Below, piece by piece: positions 20,020-26,294 of a stretch of 26,598 nt of DNA. Both the position numbers and the translations under genes were made by a program. Within the stretch, counting starts at the first letter, position 1. Each line of letters begins with the position of its first letter. The stretch lies in IMG/VR virus record IMGVR_UViG_3300029309_000297, positions 1-26,598 of that record. One strand, 5' to 3'. Below the pieces are notes generated by a model. It was not told the origin of the DNA. It did no database searches and saw only the letters and a list, made by a program, of their open reading frames with translations. The DNA comes from a virus (taxonomy: Duplodnaviria; Caudoviricetes).

Positions 20020-20397
20020 ATGTGGTTCAATTTATTATCAATGGGCATCAAGACTGGTGCAAAATTATATTCTGATAAACAAAAAACAAAAGAAGCTTTA
20101 TCAGAAGCTAGACTACTTCACGCCGAGAAGATGAAACGAGGGGACATCGAGTACCAAGGAAAAGTATTTGAGAACCAGAAGGGAGACTGGAAGGACGAGT
20201 TCGTACTTTTGACGGTTAGCTCCCCTCTGTTTCTTTTAGCATATTCTGTGTTTGCAGAAGATGAAGAAATACAAAATAAAATAGATTTATATTTTGAAAA
20301 GCTACAACAGATGCCGTGGTGGCTAGTTTCATTGTGGATTAGTATAGTTGCGGCAATTTATGGAATAAAAGCTACAGATTTAGTAAAACGAAAATAG
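20020..20397 (+). CDS. Membrane protein, holin candidate (3TM-holin-like)
   Basis: WKDEF motif followed by two hydrophobic helices, ending AIYGIK. Confidence 0.6.
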   Translation: MWFNLLSMGIKTGAKLYSDKQKTKEALSEARLLHAEKMKRGDIEYQGKVFENQKGDWKDEFVLLTVSSPLFLLAYSVFAEDEEIQNKIDLYFEKLQQMPWWLVSLWISIVAAIYGIKATDLVKRK

Positions 20398-20405
20398 GAG
20401 ATAAT

Positions 20406-20504
20406 ATGAAAGAGTTTAAAAGTAATATGCAACACTTATGGTTATTTCATAGAAAAACTGTATTAGTTGTAGGGGTGCTATTTGTTATTGCAGTAGTATT
20501 ATAA
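20406..20504 (+). CDS. 32-aa single-pass membrane peptide, not in ORF track
   Basis: AGGAG SD. MKEFKSNMQHLWLFHRKTVLVVGVLFVIAVVL. Confidence 0.6.
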   Translation: MKEFKSNMQHLWLFHRKTVLVVGVLFVIAVVL

Positions 20505-20506
20505 TA

Positions 20507-20662
20507 ATGAAAACAATTATTAATTGGATTAAAAAATTTTGGGAAAAACAAGAAAAAGCAATAGAAGATTGTATGCCTATAGCTTTTCCTGAACCCGAAG
20601 AAATAAACAGAGATAACCTTTGTCCTACTTGTCATAAAGACTTTGGTTGTCAATGTGAGTAG
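20507..20662 (+). CDS. 51-aa protein with C-terminal CxxC..CxC motif, not in ORF track
   Basis: MKTIINWIKKFWEKQ...LCPTCHKDFGCQCE. Sits between neighbours with 2-nt gaps. Confidence 0.6.
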   Translation: MKTIINWIKKFWEKQEKAIEDCMPIAFPEPEEINRDNLCPTCHKDFGCQCE

Positions 20663-20664
20663 TT

Positions 20665-21033
20665 ATGAAAGTATCTGAAAACACATCAGTAGCTATGCCA
20701 ATCAAAAATATGATTGGTATTATTATAGGAGTAGCTATGGGTATTTTTGCATACACAGAAATTACTGCAAGACTTACTTCACTTGAAACATCAAGAGAAT
20801 TAATGACTGCTGATTTACTCAAAAAGTCAGAGCAGACAACCGTAGATAAAGAGCAATTTATCCTTATTGAAGATTTATATAAAACTACTGATGAACATAC
20901 AGAGCAATTAAATAAAAATGTTCACAATCAAGTAATGCTACAACATTTAGAAAAACAATTAGAAAAAGCATTAAGTGATTTAGAAAAATTAAAAGATAAA
21001 GTTAGGGAGAACGGAAATGGAAATAGTCATTAG
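20665..21033 (+). CDS. Membrane-anchored coiled-coil protein
   Basis: N-terminal TM (MIGIIIGVAMGIFAY) followed by heptad repeats. Confidence 0.75.
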   Translation: MKVSENTSVAMPIKNMIGIIIGVAMGIFAYTEITARLTSLETSRELMTADLLKKSEQTTVDKEQFILIEDLYKTTDEHTEQLNKNVHNQVMLQHLEKQLEKALSDLEKLKDKVRENGNGNSH

Positions 21034-21238
21034 TCTATTAATGTTTCTGGGAGAACCTGCGGTATTAAAAGAACATTTATATATACAAGATCAACGAATG
21101 GCAACTTGCCTTAAAATGAAAAGAATTAGCGAAAGATCGTCAAATGCTAAATACCAATGTGCCAAAGTAAAAGCTACAGTTATTGTAGATGAATATTCTG
21201 GCGAGAAAAAAATTACTAGCATAACAAGTATGGACTAA
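21017..21238 (+). CDS. Hypothetical protein
   Basis: GGGAG SD. Hydrophobic N-terminus, CLKMKR..YQC Cys pair; overlaps the upstream gene. Confidence 0.7.
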   Translation: MEIVISLLMFLGEPAVLKEHLYIQDQRMATCLKMKRISERSSNAKYQCAKVKATVIVDEYSGEKKITSITSMD

Positions 21239-21474
21239 TGAGAAAAGAACACAAAAGCCCTACTGGTGGATTAACTGCAAAAGGTAGAGCATACTTTAAA
21301 GCCAAAGGTCATAATCTAAAAGCTCCCGTTACAGGAAAAGTAAAACGAGGATCAAAGGCGGCAAAAAGAAGAAAGAGTTTTTGTGCTCGTATGTCTGGAG
21401 TTAAAGGTGCTATGAAAGATAGCAAAGGAAGACCAACAAGAAAAGCATTAGCTTTAAGAAAATGGAGATGTTAA
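21238..21474 (+). CDS. Small basic protein (DUF6321-like)
   Basis: GGLTAKGR..NLKAPV..RRKSFCARM..ALRKWRC pattern. Confidence 0.75.
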   Translation: MRKEHKSPTGGLTAKGRAYFKAKGHNLKAPVTGKVKRGSKAAKRRKSFCARMSGVKGAMKDSKGRPTRKALALRKWRC

Positions 21475-21477
21475 ATT

Positions 21478-21642
21478 ATGAGTAAAAAACTAAAAGCATT
21501 AAGTAAACAACAAATGAACACACTTAAAAAACATTCTGTTCATCATTCAACAAAACATATGAATTTTATGAAAGATCAGATGCGAAAAGGAAAATCATTC
21601 AAAGTCGCACACAGAATGGCTCAATCAAAAGTTGGAACGTAA
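21478..21642 (+). CDS. Small basic His/Met-rich protein (54 aa), not in ORF track
   Basis: GGAG SD. MSKKLKALSKQQMNTLKKHSVHHSTKHMNFMKDQMRKGKSFKVAHRMAQSKVGT. Confidence 0.7.
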   Translation: MSKKLKALSKQQMNTLKKHSVHHSTKHMNFMKDQMRKGKSFKVAHRMAQSKVGT

Positions 21643-21643
21643 T

Positions 21644-21883
21644 ATGAGTAAAGAAACAGAAAAAAAATTATCAGAACTGCACAGCAAACTAACTGATAAA
21701 CTATTAGAAAAAATTAGAGACCCAGAAGTAAAAGCTTCTGATCTTAATGTTGCTAGGCAGTTTTTAAAGGATAATAACATAGATTGTGTACCTACCGAGA
21801 ACAACTCTATGGCGAAACTTGCAGAGGAGCTCCCATTTAAGCTCTCTGATGTAATACAAGGTAAAGGAGACATAAAGCAATAA
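21644..21883 (+). CDS. terS: Terminase small subunit (T7 gp18-like)
   Basis: LSELH..L..I..ASDLNVARQFLKDNNI..L..LPF motif; directly upstream of terL. Confidence 0.88.
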   Translation: MSKETEKKLSELHSKLTDKLLEKIRDPEVKASDLNVARQFLKDNNIDCVPTENNSMAKLAEELPFKLSDVIQGKGDIKQ

Positions 21884-21925
21884 ACGCTTATATACACGCC
21901 TCTAGTGGCGTTTAAAGGGTATATT

Positions 21926-23551
21926 ATGAAAGAGATAACCCAAGATTTCAGGAACTTCCTGTATATCGCTTGGAAACATTTAAATCTTCCAAGCCCAACA
22001 AAAGTGCAATTTGATATTGCCGACTATTTACAGAATGCACCAAGACGAGCAGTTATACAAGCCTTTCGAGGTGTAGGTAAGTCTTGGATATGTAGTGCCT
22101 TTGTATGTTGGAACTTGTTGAAAAACCCCGACTTAAAATTTCTCGTGGTATCAGCAAGTAAAACAAGAGCAGATGATTTCAGTACATTTACAAAAAGACT
22201 AATAACTGAAATGGACATACTAAAGCACTTAACACCAAGATCAGACCAAAGGGGAAGTAATGTATCCTTTGATGTTGCCCCTGCAAAAGCGGCACACTCT
22301 CCATCTGTTAAGTCCGTAGGAATCACAGGACAACTAACAGGTAGTAGAGCAGATTATATTATTTCTGATGACTGCGAAAGTTTAAACAATAGTTTAACTC
22401 AAAGTATGAGAGATAAACTTACAGATAACGTTAAAGAGTTTGAAGCTGTGTTATCTCCTAGTGGTAAGATTATATTTTTAGGTACACCACAATCAGATAT
22501 GTCAGTTTATAATGACTTACCGACTAGAGGATATGAAACTAGAATATGGACAGCTAGAAATCCTGAAGCAACAAAAGCATACAGATATGAAAACAAACTA
22601 GCACCTTTTATTAAAGAAGGTAAGTTTGGAGAACTAGAACCTATTGATCCCGAAAGGTTTGATGATTTAGAGCTCAAAGAAAGAGAAGCAAGTTATGGAC
22701 GAAGTGGCTTTGCCCTTCAGTTTATGCTTGATACTACTTTATCAGATAAAGAAAGATACCCACTTAAATTAAGTGATTTAGTAGTAATGGACATTAATAA
22801 TGATATAGCTCCCGTCAAGTTAGCTTGGGCGGGTAGTCCCGAATACATTTGTGAAGATTTGCCAAGCGTAGGTTTTACAGGAGATAAGTATTATAGACCT
22901 ATGTTTAAATCCGAAGACTTTGGAAATTACAAAGGTTCTGTAATGTCTATTGATCCTGCGGGTCGTGGTCAAGATGAATTGGCGATTGCCATAGTCAAAC
23001 AGCTAGGTGGTAATCTATTTGTGCAGAACTGCACGGGGTTAAGTGGTGGGTATACAGAAAGCAATCTAACAAAGATTGCAACACTAGCTAGAGACACTAA
23101 AGTTAATATGATTATCGTTGAGAGTAACTTTGGTGATGGTATGTTTACACAACTATTAAAACCTGTAGTCCAAAGGTATTATCCTGTGACTATAGAAGAA
23201 GTTAATCATACTAAACAAAAGGAACTTCGTATCATTGATACGTTAGAACCTGTGATGAACCAACATAGGTTGGTTGTTAGTCCGCAGTTAATACGTCAAG
23301 ATTTTGACACAACTGACCCTAACTACCAATTATTCTATCAGTTAACTAGGATAACAAAAGATAGAGGATCATTAAGAAATGATGACCGACTTGATGCTCT
23401 TGCAATTGCTGTTGCCTATTGGGTAGAACAAATGTCTATAGACAGCGAGAACCAACTTCAAGATCATAGAGAACAATTATTAAAGCAAGACTTGGAGAAG
23501 TTTCTAGAAGGAACTTTTGGACATAGCCAAACAAAAGACCGATGGATTTAA
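21926..23551 (+). CDS. terL: Terminase large subunit (T7 gp19-like)
   Basis: Walker A IQAFRGVGKS, GITGQLTGSRAD, Walker B IISDDCE, LGTPQ, nuclease motifs IDPAGRGQDE / ESNFGDGM / DDRLDALA. ATG 21926 is preferred over GTG 21905 because of the AAGGGT SD. Confidence 0.97.
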   Translation: MKEITQDFRNFLYIAWKHLNLPSPTKVQFDIADYLQNAPRRAVIQAFRGVGKSWICSAFVCWNLLKNPDLKFLVVSASKTRADDFSTFTKRLITEMDILKHLTPRSDQRGSNVSFDVAPAKAAHSPSVKSVGITGQLTGSRADYIISDDCESLNNSLTQSMRDKLTDNVKEFEAVLSPSGKIIFLGTPQSDMSVYNDLPTRGYETRIWTARNPEATKAYRYENKLAPFIKEGKFGELEPIDPERFDDLELKEREASYGRSGFALQFMLDTTLSDKERYPLKLSDLVVMDINNDIAPVKLAWAGSPEYICEDLPSVGFTGDKYYRPMFKSEDFGNYKGSVMSIDPAGRGQDELAIAIVKQLGGNLFVQNCTGLSGGYTESNLTKIATLARDTKVNMIIVESNFGDGMFTQLLKPVVQRYYPVTIEEVNHTKQKELRIIDTLEPVMNQHRLVVSPQLIRQDFDTTDPNYQLFYQLTRITKDRGSLRNDDRLDALAIAVAYWVEQMSIDSENQLQDHREQLLKQDLEKFLEGTFGHSQTKDRWI

Positions 23552-23592
23552 AGACAAGCACGGGCTAATACAACTACTACGATTACTCTGAT

Positions 23593-23645
23593 TAGTATTA
23601 ACTATAGTATTATATCTATAGTATTAGTTGTAGTATTATATCTAT
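23593..23645. repeat. Short tandem array: 4 x TAGTATTA (2 x TAGTATTATATCTAT)
   Basis: Copies at 23593, 23605, 23619 and 23631. Confidence 0.8.
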
Positions 23646-23706
23646 TAGATAATATCATAGTGTTATCTCATTAGGTACACGCTGGACAACTAGATTTAGT
23701 AGTGCA

Positions 23707-23722
23707 GGTAGTCCTGACTACC
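23707..23722. repeat. Perfect 7-2-7 palindrome GGTAGTC-CT-GACTACC
   Basis: Directly visible inverted repeat in non-coding DNA. Confidence 0.8.
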
Positions 23723-23851
23723 ACATTTTGCATAGATTAAGCTAAAAGCTAGTATTGGCGTAGGTGGTTAACGACCGAAACAACTCGGGTGTTGCACAAT
23801 TACAACATCTTGTCAACTCATTTTGTTTTGTTGAAAAAATCTGAAAGGGTA

Positions 23852-24026
23852 TCTTGTTATCGTTCACTATCGAAAAACCCCCGTACACGTCTAGGTTGCA
23901 TTTTAAAAAGACAAAATTAAAAAGCTACAAACCACAACAAACAATAATAAGGATATACAATCCGTTTTATCTAAAATTATAACGGCTTGTTTTTTTTGTG
24001 GGTGGTTTCTTTAAGTGACGGGGTGT
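23852..24026. repeat. Predicted direct terminal repeat (~175 bp), collapsed to one copy in the assembly
   Basis: Preceded by AAAAATCTGA-N7, begins with TCT, has CCCCC 26 nt in, and is followed immediately by ATCTGTT. This is the same geometry as the T7 160-bp terminal repeat junction. Confidence 0.6.
23957..23997 (+). terminator. Possible intrinsic terminator
   Basis: ACAA-T-CCGTT...AACGG-C-TTGT imperfect stem followed by a T run. Confidence 0.4.
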
Positions 24027-24039
24027 ATCTGTTTTTTTT
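24026..24039 (+). terminator. Class II (concatemer-junction type) pause/termination signal for a T7-like RNA polymerase
   Basis: TATCTGTT running into a T tract, at the right edge of the predicted terminal repeat. Confidence 0.55.
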
Positions 24040-24090
24040 GTTTGTGAAAAATCTTAAACCAGAACGGACAGAAAAATTTTAATTAACTCG

Positions 24091-24133
24091 TTATGACTTG
24101 TTATAAACTTTGGACATCTACAACAAGTCATAA
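24091..24133 (-). other. Long hairpin 3' of the minus-strand operon (terminator, stabiliser or RNase III-type site)
   Basis: Perfect 12-bp inverted repeat TTATGACTTGTT / AACAAGTCATAA. It extends to 17 bp with G-U pairs only on the minus strand. Confidence 0.65.
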
Positions 24134-24145
24134 GATTAACAGGTG

Positions 24146-24385
24146 TTAACCTGTGGTTATGTTTGGTTTTGTTTCCGTTGTTTCCGTTGAACTTTTAACG
24201 GGTTGATTTGAGTTTTTATCTACGTCTTGATGGTAGCCCTCATCAACAAACGGGAACGATAATTGAACGGGTTGTTTTGACTTCTTTTTCAATGGTCTAA
24301 CTCGTTCTGTTATTGTGTAGGTTATTGTCTTTTTACGGACATAACCTTTTTCTTTTAAAGTTAATGGTTTTGACTTGTTATCCAT
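24146..24385 (-). CDS. Hypothetical protein (79 aa)
   Basis: ATG 24385 with GGGGT SD, overlapping the upstream stop. Basic N-terminal half, QLSF motif, Thr-rich tail. Confidence 0.6.
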   Translation of the reverse strand: MDNKSKPLTLKEKGYVRKKTITYTITERVRPLKKKSKQPVQLSFPFVDEGYHQDVDKNSNQPVKSSTETTETKPNITTG

Positions 24386-26294
24386 TATTGACCCCACTTT
24401 CTGTTTTTGGTTGTTGTTGATTTAAAGAACTCGGGATATTTGCCCTCGTTCTAATTGCCCGAACACGTCTAAATCTTAACGGCTCGGATAGTTTTAAAGT
24501 AGGTACATTAAAAGAAATATTATTAAATCTTTTTTTGTATCTAACGTTAAAACTTTCCACTTTACGAAACAACTTATTGTTATTTGTGTTTCTAAAATGA
24601 AACTGATTTAACACGGGATAATCACCTCTGTTTTTACTTACCCATAAAATAAACTTTTTATAGTTTAAATCGGAATAGCTTAACGAGTTTGAACGTGCAT
24701 AAGTAGTTAACCCGTGAACAAATTCTAAATATCTATACATTGTTGTCGCTGAAATATTGCCCTTGAATAATCTAAATTCTAAAGTTTTTTCATTAGAGTT
24801 ATTTAATATTTCGTATCTGTCGGTAATTGCCCTTGTATAGAACTTTAATTTTTTACCAAAAACAACACGGGCATAACTCGTATCATTTTGTAAATCACGT
24901 CCCGAAATCTCACAAAGATATTTAAAATTTGGCTCATAATTTAAAAACGTACCAATCAAACCTTGCTGAAATGGTGTTAATAAATGTTTTGGAATATGAA
25001 CGTGAACACCCGTTTTTTTGTCTTTATAACTATACAAATAATCTTTTACGTTTTTTTCAAACTTAAACCAATAATCAGTTTGTTTTGCATAATCTAAAGT
25101 CATTGGGACAATATTTAATTCCAATCCGTTTTGACCTAACGAGCCGTCACTTTTACAAATAGCCGTCCCCGATAAAATATCTTCCTCTAATCTTTTAACA
25201 ATATTTCGGGGACATCTATTAGATTTATTTACCTCTAATTCTACACCTAAATAAAGATTTTTGTTTTTATCTTTTTCATACGGCATTTGTGCAAAAGGTA
25301 ATTTTTCAACTACCTTGAAACTATACTCACGTAATCGGTTATTGTTTGTTGTTAGATTTACACTCGGAAATTGTTCTTTTGTTTTAAAATCTAAATTAAA
25401 AACAATAGTCTTTTTAGAACTCATATACTCGGCTTTTATATATCGTTCTTGTAAATCTTTACTATCATAACCCAAATTAGAATTATAATTATTCCGTGCA
25501 TAGTAATTTGAAATAAATAACTCGTTATGATTATGTAAATAAAACGAATTAAATGCTAAATTATATTTTGACATAACCGAAACTAGATTATCAATCGGTA
25601 CATCTCGATAAAAAGAACTCACGTTTCCAAACCTATAAAACAAACCCGTTATAGAACATTGGAATATTTTATTTTTTTCAATTAAATCCCAATCTAAATA
25701 ATCAAGTAAGTTTTGAAATGCTTTTATTGTGTTTTGATAAACTCGTTTAAACACAGAATTATAACGGCATTTTTTGGCTACATAATTACCGAAATTTTGA
25801 ATTAATGCCGTTTGATTATCCACTCTATTATACAAACCAAAAAAATCTAAATGTAGTCTATGGTTTATTGTTTGAGTTTCCAAACCGAAATAATCTCGTA
25901 AGTGTATCCATATATTTGATTTAACACTAGAGTTTAAAACGTTATCTGTTCTTAATTCATAATAAATATTTTTAATAAAACTATTGATTAAAATAGTATT
26001 TATATATTTATCTAAATTAATAAAAAATAAACTCGTTTCATCATTAAAAGTTTGTTTTGTTAAATCTGTATTTTCTAAATTAACATTTTTGATTTTATCA
26101 TAATCCATATTGTTAAATGAAATTTGATTTAATATCTGTTCCGTTGTTGATAAATCAAACGAGTTAAATTGTTTCCAAATTGAAACTTGTTTTTTCTCTC
26201 GAAATTTTTTTAACGTGTTAAATATATTTGAACTCGTTAACAAGTTATCAAATTGTTTGAATTGATATACTTTTCTTTTTTTTCTATTTGGCAT
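24378..26294 (-). CDS. Putative amidoligase (COOH-NH2 ligase / Amidoligase_2-type domain) with long unknown N-terminal region
   Basis: YLGVELEV, KSDGSL..GLEL..P, TGVHVH, RY..LN and TLEFRLFKG, in the order diagnostic of the glutamine-synthetase-fold COOH-NH2 ligases. ATG 26294 (638 aa) is preferred because of the GGGGT SD. Confidence 0.8.
   Translation of the reverse strand: MPNRKKRKVYQFKQFDNLLTSSNIFNTLKKFREKKQVSIWKQFNSFDLSTTEQILNQISFNNMDYDKIKNVNLENTDLTKQTFNDETSLFFINLDKYINTILINSFIKNIYYELRTDNVLNSSVKSNIWIHLRDYFGLETQTINHRLHLDFFGLYNRVDNQTALIQNFGNYVAKKCRYNSVFKRVYQNTIKAFQNLLDYLDWDLIEKNKIFQCSITGLFYRFGNVSSFYRDVPIDNLVSVMSKYNLAFNSFYLHNHNELFISNYYARNNYNSNLGYDSKDLQERYIKAEYMSSKKTIVFNLDFKTKEQFPSVNLTTNNNRLREYSFKVVEKLPFAQMPYEKDKNKNLYLGVELEVNKSNRCPRNIVKRLEEDILSGTAICKSDGSLGQNGLELNIVPMTLDYAKQTDYWFKFEKNVKDYLYSYKDKKTGVHVHIPKHLLTPFQQGLIGTFLNYEPNFKYLCEISGRDLQNDTSYARVVFGKKLKFYTRAITDRYEILNNSNEKTLEFRLFKGNISATTMYRYLEFVHGLTTYARSNSLSYSDLNYKKFILWVSKNRGDYPVLNQFHFRNTNNNKLFRKVESFNVRYKKRFNNISFNVPTLKLSEPLRFRRVRAIRTRANIPSSLNQQQPKTESGVNNG

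Noticed and set aside
20665-21238. Rz/Rz1 spanin pair
   Set aside because: The first gene has i-spanin-like topology, but the second lacks a lipobox Cys after its hydrophobic N-terminus.
18-22326. Minus-strand ORFs within the late module (e.g. 1944-2306, 2164-2436, 17887-18402, 21625-21897, 22024-22326)
   Set aside because: Antisense shadows of well-supported plus-strand genes, with no motifs or evident SD.
23567-23585. TAATACAACTACTACG resembles the T7 promoter TAATACGACTCACTATAG
   Set aside because: Needs a gap, has no second copy before late genes, and is explained by the local low-complexity TA repeats.
23593-23645. Possible mini-CRISPR array
   Set aside because: Repeats are 8-15 bp with 4-11 nt spacers, far too short, and there are no cas genes.
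4743-25470. Short alternative-frame plus-strand ORFs (4743-4934, 15970-16170, 16235-16423, 25261-25470)
   Set aside because: Nested in real genes, atypical composition, no evident translation signals.
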